A stretch of DNA of 64,000 nt from Epiperipatus broadwayi (taxonomy: Eukaryota > Animalia > Onychophora): assembly GCA_028023455.1 (NCBI GenBank), contig JAQFVV010000009.1, forward strand, positions 3,968,001-4,032,000, in the 5' to 3' direction. Of the stretch, positions 40,101-53,870 are shown one piece after another. Position 1 is the first letter of the stretch. Each line of letters starts with the position of its first letter. The translations under genes were made by a program, and so were the position numbers. The notes beneath the pieces were generated by a model. It did not search any database. It was not told where the DNA came from and saw nothing but the letters and a program-made list of their open reading frames with translations.

Positions 40101-42595
40101 ATTTTTGTTAGATAAAGATATTTTATTATATCTATGATTTATTTTTTGTATAGTGTATAAATTTATTCTTCAAAATACAGAATATGCTTGTATTTATACC
40201 ACAACAAAATTTTAGTAATGCTATAATTAAAACAATAAATCAAAATTTCACTTGGTAATTTTGTCCAGATAATCAAAGTTTTTGAATTAGTGGTATTCAG
40301 ATTAATGATAATTGTTTAACTGTATGTAAATCCAAACCTTTTTTTTAGCTTGCATAAACTTCCAACATATTCAGGAGTTAGTCATTGGCTAAACTGTAAT
40401 AAAACTTCAAAGAAAAAGTTTGTCATTTAAAACCAATAGGAACATTTATCTGCTCAGAGATAAGACAATTTTTAATTACTATCCTTTACTTCTTCTTTTC
40501 CTAATCCCTTTCTTGCCACTTTTAAAGTATATTATTCAAATTTTTTCTATTGCAAGGTATACATCCAATTCAATTTTATTTCTATGTTCTATCTATATAA
40601 TTTATTTCATAAGTTTTTTCAATATTTAACAATTGTTTTCTATTACACATTCACATAACTTTTAATTCAAATATTTCTTTTTAATTTAAATCAGTTTCAA
40701 TTTATTATATGCATTTTTAAGATCAATGAAAAAAATAATTTGCCTTCCTTGTCTACATATCTGTTGATAATTTTTATTTTTATGTATTTTCAGATATAAA
40801 CACGTGTGGTTAATTAGAACTTTATTTGAACATTTTCATTACATGAGACAATCTATTATTCTAATATAATTACATTTTACTTCAATATTTTTTTTGACTA
40901 AAAAAAAAAAAATCTTTTATTTATTTCTCCATCAATGTTTTCCATTATATTATGAAAAGTAATCTTCTCAAAACCTCTTCCTTCATAGTATCAAAAATGC
41001 ATAAATGAAATATCAGTTTCTTGTGTCTTAATCCTTCATTCTAATAATGACTTTTTCAATCTGTTTCAGCAAAAGATTCAGAATTGCTTTCATGCTGGTG
41101 ATGTGTAACCACAAAGAGACACTTAATTCTTAGACTGTTTAGTAATCATAGAAATGTTTTTAATTATTTTTCTTATTTTAAAGATATAATAAACCAAACA
41201 ATGTGACCATAGTAGTTTACAAAAGTAATTATAATTTAAACAAAATATAAATAACACATTTAATATTTTGACATGTAAACTCAAATTTTTTTTTAAATTT
41301 TTATTTCATGGAATTTTATTGGGAAATTCCCCAATTAGTTTATCAACAGATATTTAATTTGAAAATGTACTTAAAATAAAGAGTAGAGATCAGTGCATAA
41401 AGTTTGTTGTTGATAAAGCGAAATAACCAATTCATTATAAACTGGCATCCTAGCTAATTGACTCAAAAACTAAGTATTAAAAAACAATAAAAAATTTAAT
41501 ATTTATTTATTGTAAATATACAAAAACATTGAAAATCATATTAAATATTATAATTTATGAAAGGAAAAGCACGATATCCAAAATGCCTACAGAAAGTCAA
41601 AACTAAATCCTTGCCCTGATAACTACTCAGGATCATAATCCTGTGGGATTGACCAATTATAAAGTAACATAAAATGCTAGTATATAACTCTCATTTTTCT
41701 CAGTTCAAACATATATATATATAATTCATGGTGCAGTAAATTTTCTACTATTCTTCATATTAGATTTAATCATTTTAGATTTCAATTATTTAGAATTTTT
41801 TCAACTAGTGGGCCATAGACAACCTAAATAATCATTCAATATTGATTGACACATGGACATTTAGCTATTTTTAGAATGGAAAATGCAATAATTTAAACTC
41901 TTATTTCCAGATAAGTTTCAAGCCTTGTGTTTAATGCCTTTTTCAGTTCTGTAGATGGAATGCTATTCAAAAAGATGTCCTGTAGTGGTTGTTTAATACA
42001 ATGATTAGTAATAATCTTTAATGCATTTATCTAGGGAAAATGCTATAATAATTGTATGCACAGAAATTCAATTATCTTTACAATAAATTTTAATAATTTG
42101 ACATTGTTAAATATTAATCAAGTTATAATAGACGTGAGGTTGTTGACGTGATCCAAACGTTAGTATTGTAATGTTATATGAATTTTTAATTTATATACAT
42201 ATATATTGTAGCTGCATATTTATGCCCATAAAAGTTAAATGTTATATTTTAAATAAGACTATTCTTGTCACTTTTTATTGGGATGTATTGGTAGGACCAT
42301 ATTAATTTATAAAAATTGTTCGTGTATTGCTAGTTAAATATGACTTAGAATTAAAATTCAAGTATAACTAAAAGTATATTTAAGTTAACTTATATATAAT
42401 TGAACCAAAGGCAAATGACGGAAAGCCATTATCTCCTTTTATTTTGCCCCATTTCTATTTTAACGCTACTACTAATGATGTTATTTATATTCAAATAGCT
42501 TTAATTAAAAAAAAATTATCTTTGAAATGAGGCATAACTATGAATGGATTAAATATAAATTTGTGAATTTATATTTAAATTACCCCTCATTCCCC

Positions 42596-42960
42596 TTGCA
42601 TCTTGAGGATCACTCGTCTTTATGCATTTAGGCTATACATAGTAAATTATAAGCATAGAAATAAAATGAAGTTGAATTATTTATGTGGTTGTATTTAGTA
42701 ATAATACACGTTTAATTAAAGTTTAAAATATATATCTGGGCTAAAAATGATATAATTTCTAATTAAAAATAATTAGGAATAAATTAAGAGAAGAGTGTCT
42801 TAGTTGTGTGTGTAGAAGTGTAGCATTTTTACAATAAATTATAATTTGAGTTTGATAAATAATGAATAAGTGCAACAAAAACACAGAAGATATTATGATC
42901 TGGGATAAATGACGAGTGCTGATTCAATGTAAAATATATCTCATTGAGATGTCTTTATTC
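42596..42960 (+). mobile_element. Old, strongly decayed family-1 unit
   Basis: Starts gcatcttgaggatca (HHR 3' end) and ends tggg.taaaTGACGAgtgctgattcaatgtAAAAtatatc (HHR remnant) ~340 nt later. Confidence 0.45.
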
Positions 42961-44569
42961 ATGTGATTAAACTATAGATAATAAAATCAAAGTTATTAGT
43001 ATATATTGTACCGGTCCATACTCCCTGCAATTCTTTTCCTAATCTTGCACTGAGCATGAAATGACCAAGATTCAACAGGTAAAGAAATGGATATCAATTT
43101 AGCCAATTGTCCGTACTCATGTATATTGGTACTTCCAGCTAAATTGATAGAAAGAGTGGATTGACAGGAGTCTTCCAGTTAAAAACACCCTTTAGAGCTA
43201 ATATCTTATTTTAATGCCCGAATATTTAGAACAATGGCAAGTATACACCTTTGAAAAATCTATTTACAAAATAGACTTTTGCACGCCACTTCTAGAAAAG
43301 AATCAAAAAATGAATTTTTCACCCTCCTAGAAGGATGTCAATACCATATGTTCAGCAGAGCATAAGAATAAGATTTAGCACCCCGGTAGAGCGATATCCC
43401 TTGTGGCTAGCTCAGTCACTCTACATCTAGGGTCTTCAAATGGGTAAGTTAAATGATTATTACAGGTACGTGGTTGATAAGAAAAGAATACATTTTTATC
43501 AATATAAATAATAATACGAAAACGAAACAAGTTTAATATTATGATTAAATATTTATTTAATCCCAAATACCCACCACCGTTTCATACTAATGATGATATA
43601 ATAAATAAAAAAATACTAAATAATTAATGATCACAAACCCATATATATATTCGAGGCATTGAAATAGATAAAATACAATTTTAAATAAGAAAAATAATAA
43701 ATCCCTAAAGCTATTTACACTGTTTATAAGTAATGGACAAAGTCTGAGCTCTTTTTACCCAGTAGAAATAAATTTTACTTTGTGTGATTTGATATACAGA
43801 TATGAGATTTTTGGTCATACCGGCATATGCTTTTACTGATGACTTGAAAACCTTTTTATTGATAGCAAATATAATAATAAAAAGGAATTATGCATACGTA
43901 TATTTGCATTATGAAATATTTCACTAATTTCATATTTTTCAACATGTCAATAAGGTTGTGTTAGTTCAGATACTATATAGTACGCAACATGAGGTACTGT
44001 ATCTATTCCCTTTTTTGCTGTAGATAAATTCCTATACATGTATATACGTGCAGCACAATTATACACTTACTACTAATTTAAATATAAAGTTATTAAAGGA
44101 CTTGCTTACAGGGAATCTATAATAGATCAATCCCTTGTTACACGCATCATGAGGTGCAGCAGTGACAAAAAAAAAAACTTAAAAAGGACATACGGTTAAA
44201 TACATTTTTTGATATTCAACATGAGATATCGTATTTACCGAATATTATAAGCGTATGTATGCATATATATACATGTATATTTATATATGACAAATTTCAG
44301 GAGTAACAACAAGAGGAAAATGAAGAACAACAAAAAAAAAGAATCTCATTGCAACCTTTGTTGAAAATACTAGAATTTGAAATAGAAAAATTAACTCAAA
44401 AGATTTAAGTAAAAGCTTTATCATTTATGCCCGTAATAACTGTAAATTCAATATACATATGCGAGAGACAACTCTCTCTTTTTTAAATGATTAATAATAA
44501 TAATAATATATTTAATCGGAAATATCAAAGTTAATTATTTCAATATTAATAAAATATCTTAAAATAAAC

Positions 44570-45530
44570 TTATGTCGGCGTCTTCATTCTTCTCCTCTGG
44601 GCTCTGAGTGGGCTTCAAGTCAACTGGTTGTGCGGTGAGGATTTCATCTATTTAGGCATAGGCAAGGCAGCATTTGTCATCATCATGGGCAGCTGGAACT
44701 GGCATGGTCATATCTTGGTGGCTTGGGACAGAGAAAGGGCAGTGCACTGGCTGGTTGTCTACCCCACAGTCATTTTACTGGACTCTCTGGTAGATTGCTT
44801 CATATTTTCCTCTGTTTGTATATGATAATTTTTATTAAATGCTTATTTGCTATCTTGACTGATTCATTAAATCTTAAGAAATCATTAGTTCTTAAAAGAA
44901 CTGTACAATGGATTTCTTCTTAGAAAATATCTGCTGTAGTCTAGTCGATAAATTAATCTCCAAGTGGCTAGATGATTTACCAATTCTGGAGCCAAAGTAG
45001 TGAATGACTTGCCCAGAAAGACTGCCAAAGAATTTAAATTATTTTTTAAAATTTTAAGATTGTCCGTACAAATGAATTTAACATTTTTTTTTTTATTAAG
45101 ATTGCCGAGTATGAATACACTACATAGATTGTATTTGAAAAGAAAATATTCTATCCCTTATTTAACCTTAGGCCAAAAGTTTGCAGTCAAACTGGCATCA
45201 ATCCATCTGATACATTGATGTATTCAATGTAGCATGAAAATACAACAGCACAAATATATACCATATACTGTCCAGGAATGTACATCTGAACAGCATGGTT
45301 AGAGAAGACATTGACTCTTGTCCAATATAGGAATGTTACATCTGCATGGCAAGAACAATAAAAAAAACTCCATAGGAAGGAACTGTTTTTCCATCTTACT
45401 ATTCCCTTCCATAGGCAAAAAGATGTGTGTGGCATATAATGGAGATCCTGCATGTAGCGAACCTCATACTACATCTACTAATTATACCAATATATCCAAT
45501 CCATTGACCTAATTTAATGAAACAAATAAC
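44570..45530 (-). mobile_element. 3' fragment of a non-LTR retrotransposon
   Basis: Minus strand: HAGSPL (QGSPL-like), CHADV (YADD-like), C-terminal DCG..NQPVHCP Cys/His motif, then a GC-richer 3' UTR. Clade uncertain. Confidence 0.45.
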
Positions 45531-45759
45531 CTAAGATTACCCTCCTCTAATTAATTAATATAACTTTACAAATCTATATAGCCATTCATGCCCAACTTAA
45601 ATTTAACATTTATATAAATTCGTTGAACAAAAAACAAAAATCATAAATAAAACTTAAAAGAACAAAAAAAATATATAAATGGAAACGATTTTAAAAAGGA
45701 AATACATCAAATAAAGAGAATAAATAATTTAGTTTGGTCAGATAGGAAATACTATTGCG

Positions 45760-46360
45760 ATAATTTCTGAAAGGTTTAGAATTTCGAGTTTGTTTTGAAA
45801 ATGTTCATAAAGTTCTTACCATTTTTTAAAACATTCATCTTTATCCGTTGCTTGCAATTTTGAATGCGAATTCCCATGCTGTCCTGAAGAGATTTCTATC
45901 CAGTTAGTCATTTTATTTATTCATCCGGAGGTCTTACTTTAGCTGGTCCTCAATGTAGAAAACGATGTCATTTCTTTCTTTTTGCAGAACTGAAGGGATT
46001 GAAGAGTGCGTCTTTTCAATCCCTTCTCTTTCAACTCCACACTAACACATATCACCACCACTATCACACATCTCTCAGCCCTTTCTTCACTCACTTTTTA
46101 TAGACTTTCAGATCCAATGGACATTACGTCATGACGATGGTGATGGTCTTTTCGCTGAGGTCCGATTCCACGAGTGATCTTTTATTGGCCATTCTGATCC
46201 CATTGTTTTTCTCTCCTATCTGACCTTTGCTTATACATTTTAAATGCCCAAGGGCTAGTTTACATTTTTTTTAAGTGTCATAGCATCAGCCAGGACGCGA
46301 ACCTGCAACCCGGGCAACTGCCTGCAAGTGCAAGGCAGTCGCACTGACCTCTCGACCACC
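45760..46360 (-). mobile_element. tRNA-derived SINE
   Basis: Minus-strand head GGTGGTCGAGAGG (A box) ... GGTTCGCGTCC (B box) at 46360-46293, followed by ccttgggca/aatgggat CORE/Meta-like words; CpG-retaining body. The 3' boundary is uncertain. Confidence 0.65.
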
Positions 46361-49300
46361 AATTAAAACAATCATTTCCATTTTTCAATAACATTAATTA
46401 ATTTGTTTTCCAAACTTAGATATTTTTTTATCTCTAAACCTTTTTAAGTCTTTGCTTTTAAAATACATTTTCTATTTTTAATAGTTTTATTTTAATAATT
46501 TTTTGCATCTGTGCGATTTTATATATGAGTTTAGATATTTAATTTTTAATTCTTAAAAAAAGAAAAGAAGTTTTTATTTGCGAACTTTTCTTTTTTCGTG
46601 TTTAATAAAAAATATAATGTAACGGCGTATGTGCCCATTACAATATATATAATTCAGCCTAAAATTAGTTTGAGATACTTAAGCAATAGGCCATTGCAAT
46701 ATATCTTGTTTTATCTATTATATTTAAAGGCAATATTTTAATGTGTAATTTTTTTGGTAATAATTATAATTAATGAAAATATAGAACGATTTCAAACTTT
46801 TGCTAACATCATAAAACCATCAATAACTTTTAGCTTGTAGTGTGCATATATAAATGGCATTAAATAATATAGGAATATTGCTCTATACTAACACTTTACT
46901 ATTTAAATAGATGAAAATATTAGATAATTATCTCATTGTCAAAAAAATAATTAAGATCTCTTTAAAAATATAGCATCATAATATCATAATTTATGCATCT
47001 TATAATCTAATCAGTTGCATAACAAAGTCAAATAAACAACAAACATAAAAGTTTGATTAAATTAGAATTCATTCCCTACTATCATACTATTTGTTAGTTC
47101 TTGATTGCCACTACCTGGGAAGCTTTTGAAAATAACAAATAAAGTTTATCTGACAGATAATTTAGTTAATTATTTCATCATATATGAAATTTAAAGATAA
47201 AGTGGTGGATTAATTTGATTTTTTTTTTGACATATTTTATATAAAAAAATTAAAATTGCAATTTTACATCATTTGATAATGCAATAAAGTCTTTTTAAAC
47301 TTACAATAGCCACATTAATTGTTCTGTGATAATGTGTATCATATTTGACAAGAATTTAGTATTGGCAAAATTTATTTCATGATCAGTATTCAAAAAAAAA
47401 TGTTTCTGTAATAAAAAGAATTGAAAAAATCAATTGTGTACTAAAACACTGCAATATTAAAGTTGCAATATTTTACCAAAATCTATTTAATTTCTTTTGA
47501 AAATCATGGTTTCTATGAAAACACTGTAAGATTGTTTTCCTATTAAACCAGAATAATCGTTACACTAGAAGAAATGAGTATTTTAACTAAGAAATAACAA
47601 TCATCATTTGCATATTTTGAAACCAGCTAAGATATAAATTTTCACCAAAACTAAAATCTTGTCCAGACATGATATACATCATCAGGGGAAGCACTGGAAT
47701 TGTAAAAAAAAAATGTGAATGCATGAATAGGCACCACTTTTTAATCTCTTCTAAATTTTATATTAAATTAATAGCTAATACGGGCTGATGTGTAATTTGT
47801 TTTATTTGTGTATTTACTAATTGCTATTGAACCACCTATACTTCTCAGATGATACATAGCAAATAACTGGATATAAAATAACCTGAAAACTGTACTTACA
47901 CACACATTAATATGTATGTGCCTTAGTGCATAAAAACAACTCATGAAATAAAATATTCAATGTTATACCAGTCAACTTCTGACTTGTAATCAGTTGGTTT
48001 CATTTCAAAGAAATGATTTTCATGAGTGTACAAAATCTTAATATTTCTATAAAATTTGTAACTTGCACTATACATAAGTCTGCAAAGAGTTACTGAAGGA
48101 GCTTCGTTATAATAGTTACTACATTAATCAAATTGAAATCTGGAGGGGGAAGATTTTTTCAGGCAACTGACACGTTCCTTAAGTAGGCTCAGTATTTTTT
48201 GCCGATAATTAGCCATAGTAAGATTGGAAAAATATCTAACAATAAATAAGTAGTTAATTATTTTAAGCTGGAGTGTAAAAAAAAAAAAGTTTGGATATAT
48301 CCAATAACAATAATAATTGAAATATAATGCAACTCTGTCAGAGACACCAGCATCAGTACGTTTTTTTTTTTTTTGTAAAAAAAGTAAATTTTTATATTAA
48401 TACTTTCAACATTTCAAATGAAATCCATCCATACAGTATACTATTCATTTTTAATTATTATAAACAGTATTGGATATAAATGTTCCTGTCATGAAACTAA
48501 TACAGGTAACTTAGTAATGTATTATTTATTGTTGAAGCAGTAATCCTTGATCACTATCATCTGTAATTTATCTTTGTTTGTCATCTTTCACTATCACAAT
48601 ATTTAAATATATTAAAATCTTTAAAGCATTCTTTACATCATTAAGATATACATATATAAAAAAAGAATAAATAGAAATCAATGCTTTTCTAATATTTATA
48701 TATTTTTAATAGTTTTGTAATAAATTTAACTTATAATCAGTTTAAAACATTGTTTAGGGGAAATGAGGTGGGAATAAATATATAAAGTAACTCAATCATA
48801 AACAGAGATGTGCAAAACAAATTATCTTAACTGCTTAATTTTGATTAAACTTTAAAAAAAAAAAAATTTTTCTCTAATAATTTCTCAGATTTAACTCAAA
48901 CATTGAAATTTTGCCACAATAATAATAAAAAGGCATTTTATTCAACTATCTTTAAATCAAAGGAGGGGTACCTTTAATGATAAATTGACACATCATTTGA
49001 TCTATTTAGAAGCTTCATAAAAAAAATGATTATCCTAACTCATCAGAGGTAGTAAAGTTAACAATAATCAAATTAAAGATACAAAGAGTAAGGAAAGAAT
49101 CTCCAAGTTTCAAACCATTGTTGCTATTATATTTCCCCACCCACAATTGCAAACACATAATGGGAAATTGTGAGAATTGGAAAAATTATGTAACAATTCA
49201 CAGTATTTAGATTATATTTCACTACTGTACAATTCTTAGTACATTGAACCAAGAAAATGATAACAGATTAATGAGATTCATGGTATGCGAAATTAGATTG

Positions 49301-52037
49301 ATAAATTTATTATGAAAAATCACATTATTAATTGATGTATTTAATCTTAAAAATATTCCAATGGATTTAAATTAAAACAATTTTAAATGTCTCAGGTATT
49401 GAATGTGACTAATAAAAAGGTATTTTACTTGACGTCTTATAAGATAAATGGCACGATAATAATCAATCCTTAAGCTAGCAACAATCTCAACCTGTAGTCA
49501 AGGCAACCACCCACCTCCTTTAGCATTGTCTTAATGAATAAAATTTTAAAAAAGCAACAATTTAACAGTAAATTCTCATATATGCAGAAAAGAAAAAAAT
49601 GTATATGAAAAAATAATTTAAGATCCAATTAAAATAACAATACAGTAGTCTATTATAATAAAGGCCTCTGTGAATTAATGTTTTTTTTATATAACAAACA
49701 CTATATTTTTAAGACTTAAATTATCAATTTAATTAGCTATTTAGTAATGACAATATTACTTAATTTTTTTTTTCATTACCCAGCTGTATCATAATTCTGA
49801 AAAAAAAATTTAAATTATGTATAAAAAAAAAATCCAAATGAAAAAGCCATAAACTCTTGATGAACATAATTGGCCAACAATTAGGATGTTTGTGCACTTG
49901 TCTAAAGGCTTTTCTGAAAAGCAATCAGAAAGGTGATTAACACAATCAAAGAATAAATAATTTCCAAACCAAAAAGTAAGTTTTACAACTGATTTTAGAA
50001 AATAAAATAAGTCCCAAACAAGAAAGTTATATATATATATATATGGCTAAAACAACATTCTGTGAATACTTTGTCTTTTAGCTGTCATTAAAATCGATCT
50101 TTACAATTTTCCACTTAAATAGTTGTTTGGAACACTGCAGGCCTGGAATGAGTACATGTATTTTCTGAAACTCATTATGTGCATTATAGCATGTTATTAT
50201 AAATAAAATTTTATAAAATATTTACAAATGAATGTATAAATTTATTTTTGTACTTCACATTTCAAAATAAAGTTGCATAATTATAGTGCTTATAAAGTCA
50301 TATTCTCATTTGGGATTATCAAAAGAAAAGCACTTTATTCTATTCCAGTGCCAGCTAAACTAAATTTGTATTATCAGTAGTTACAAGGTAGGGTATTCAA
50401 ACTCATTTCTATTCTTTCTACTAATGAAGCTTGGGATTCAGAGTTGCCAATAATGCATCAGGTAAAAATTTAATACCATTTTATTGTACAAATTATAAAG
50501 TTTGAGAATTTATTAGTCTTTAAGGTTATTATCCTAAGCCAAGTTGTCTATCAAGTTAGATTATCTAAACTGTTTTTCTGAATATTCCATAGCTCAAGTT
50601 GAAATAATTGATCTATTTTTAAAAAATTGAAACTTTTTCCAGTGGCAAACTATTTAACTAAATATTTAAATTTGAAGGAGTTCCTTTTAATGAATATACA
50701 TTGTGTATGTTATTTTACTAATATTGTGAGATTAACACTGGGGTTTTTTTTCTCAAAAGTAATTATTCCTTTCTTAATGTAATCACAGTTAACAGTATAG
50801 TAAAATTAATTTACTTTTAATAAAATTAAATGAGTCATTTTATAAGTAAATTTAGTATTTAATAAAAAAATAAATTAAACAATATTTAAAACTGCAAAAA
50901 CAAATTGATATTAAAAATAGGTGGTTACAAATATATAGCCCCACTTATTCAGATTTACCACCAAAATTTACTGGGTGGTGGTGGGGAAAAAATTGCTTAA
51001 TTAATAAAATCCATGTGTCCAACTTGAGTGAGCTGTTACCACAGGTCATTTATCAGGCAACCCTTTCACCATCTTACATATCTAGTCATATGGTAGGTCT
51101 CTTTTACTTTATTACTAAATTGGTTTGCTTATAATTGCATTTATTTTTTATATACATATCAATTATTTGTATTATATAAGACTTGCTATAATCCACAGGA
51201 GAGCTTGAAATAGGATTATTGTATTTAAAAATGAGAAAAAAAATTGGGGAATAATAAAATGCAATAAATTGAATAGTAGATAGATATTATCTTCCTTAAA
51301 TTTTTTTATCAGGGTTTAATTTATTGCACAATGTTATGATTGGGTATTTTTGTTTTTTTTATAGAATTTAAGCTAACTCTAATTTATGATAGTGAGTTCT
51401 TAAACATCTTCAAATAATTTTAAAAAAGGCTGTTGTATTTAAATTGTCTCATTGCATGCATGAGTATATATATATCTGAAATAGCATGAATTCTACAGGA
51501 TAAAATTAATTTCCTAAAAAATGTTTTTTGGTTTAGTAAGACCTTACATCAGAAAGGTAACCTATCCTCTTCCCCTATATAGACAGATTTACATTATTAT
51601 TATACAAGGTATGCTAAAGTTATTTTATTAATACAATTAATTAAATATTTACAAATAAAATTAAAAAACATTTTTTTCTTTTCAATATTATTTCTTCTAG
51701 AAAAAAAAAGCCACTCATTCTTTAAATCAATCTTGAATAGCTTTGAACTTTTTTTATATCAGATTTCATGGAAACAAACTTAAACCTTTGCTCTGGATAA
51801 TGGATGATTTAACATTAATGCTAATTTGATTTTCAATCCTTATTATTAAAGATTTTCCATTTCCATAATAATTGTTTAGAACTTCTCTATGTTATTCATA
51901 ATTGTTTTATTAAGCAAATCAATTCTGGATTATAGACTGTAAATGTTTCCAAAATATTTGGATACTATGAAACCCATTGCACTATAAATACAGATTTCAT
52001 TTATATATATCCATTTAGAAACATTAGATTTTTACAA

Positions 52038-53870
52038 ATGAATTTATGGTTTCAAAAACAATACCAGAGAATAAAAAATTACACTATTATTAAAAAAAAA
52101 AAAGGTGTAATTGCTTGCATCACCAAAACAATTAGATACAAACAGCTAAACTCCAAGTTCAATAGTTGGAAAAATAAGATTAAAAATACAAAAAAGTTTC
52201 TTGCAGATAATGAAATTGTGTGCATTAAAGAGGACAAGGGTAACAGATTTGTTTTAATGGAGAATAAAAAATACAAAGATAAGATGTTGACACAAATTGT
52301 TGAGTTGGTGGCAAATTTTAATAACAAAATCAAGAGATAAGTTTATTATATCAATATTGAGAGCTCACAAAATTAAATTAACTGGGTGGAATAAGTTCAC
52401 CCCCCCCCCAAGAATGTTTACAAACACTAAATAGCATAAGCCGGGGAGTGCTGTTGAAACTTATGTTGGAATTCAGTGGAGTTCATTATTTTAAGACAGC
52501 AAAATTAGTGAATCAATGATTGGTTGACACTATTGGTTTTGGAAGTTACACCACCAGATCATCTCTCGAATTTGTTAGAAAATTAGTAATATCAAAATGG
52601 ATCCAGATTTTAAGATTGCAGCATTAGATGTAACCGAATTATATGGATCTATAAAGTTTTCTAGACATAATTAGCAAAAAACTTATGGAGAAAAAATGTC
52701 CTAAAGCATGAATTAACTTTATATTAGATTTCCTATCATGGCTTGACAAAAACATTATAGCAATATAAGAAGGGAAATGGTTTACTATGAAAGATGGTTG
52801 GCCTATGGGTCTTCCTTTAAGTGGCATAGTTTCAAGTATATTGCTTAATTATTTTGAACAAATTCTGCCCAAATATTTTGCCGGAACTTCTAAATTAATA
52901 TATACTAGATACATTGATGACATGTTTGTAGCAGCACCATGAAACATAATCTTGAATGTATTAAGAGATATGCAGCCACTTACAAAATTAGCTATAAATG
53001 ATTCATGGGAAAATGAACAACAGGAGGTGAAATATTTGGACTCTCTGATATAGAAATGCAGTATGTCTCAACTACCGGATGTTAATCAAACCTTTAGAAA
53101 TCAGAGGATTCACACACCCCAGATCGAATGCACCTAAATAGTAGGACTGTCAGTGTTTTTGTTTAGAAATCATCAGCTATGCAAATTCGAAGCTGACAGA
53201 AAAACCAACACTACTGATTACATTAAAGATTTGATAAATGTGGGTTTCAAATACAGCACAATAACCAAGAGAATTGAGCAGTTCAACAAAAGATTAACAA
53301 ACAAACGGATTAAAGACAAACCTCACTTAACTCTACCATATATTCCTAAAGTAGCTAATTCTCTTATTAAAAACCTTTCCAAAGAGTTTAAAGTAGGTTT
53401 TCGAACCACACCTAACACAAATAGATTGATTAACAATGCTAAGGATAAAATCAACCTAGAACAAACCCCGCAAGTAGCATACAAAATAACTTACCTACAA
53501 ACAGGTTGTCATGCCACATACTACGCTGAAACTCAGGCTACTGTCAGTGCTAGAGTGGCTCAACAGACATATGTATATAAAAGAGCAGAGAATGAAAATG
53601 AAGGCAGCTTAGTGTTCTTGGATCACCACAGGTTCAAACCCAACAACGCCAAGATTGTGTCCTCTGAGAGAAATACTATAAGGAAAATAAAAGCATATTA
53701 CATCGTGAACAACTTGAACACCATCAATAGACAAGATACACGTTTCCCGATTTCAAAAAAATGGTTGAATTAAATTATTTGCATATGAAACAACTGCTCT
53801 ATATCACTAAAGACAAAGGCTATGAATATGGGAGTTAACATACCCCAAAAGTGCTAAGCCAAATATTATT
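52038..53870 (+). mobile_element. Decayed Penelope-like element (RT + GIY-YIG endonuclease)
   Basis: IVCIKEDKGN..Y..KM; AALDVTELY; KDGWPMGLPLSGIVSSI; TRYIDDMF; ENE..VKYLD; VAYKITY...C.ATYYAETQ..VSARVAQ (GIY-YIG-like); stops and frameshifts present. Confidence 0.9.
53818..53860 (+). ncRNA. Decayed HHR remnant in the PLE 3' UTR
   Basis: ggct-ATGAATA-t-ggg-agttaacata-cccc-AAAA-gtgc-TA-agcc. Stem I ggct/agcc and helix III agtgct (decayed AGCGCT) fit; the core has 2 mismatches. Confidence 0.45.

Noticed and set aside
43370-43440. GC-rich hairpin (gtagagcga/tcactctac) considered as an HDV-like ribozyme or SINE head
   Set aside because: No P1.1/P4/J4-2 elements and no A/B boxes; left unassigned.
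46283-46360. Functional tRNA gene
   Set aside because: A/B boxes are present but there is no cloverleaf with acceptor stem and 7-nt anticodon loop; treated as a SINE head.
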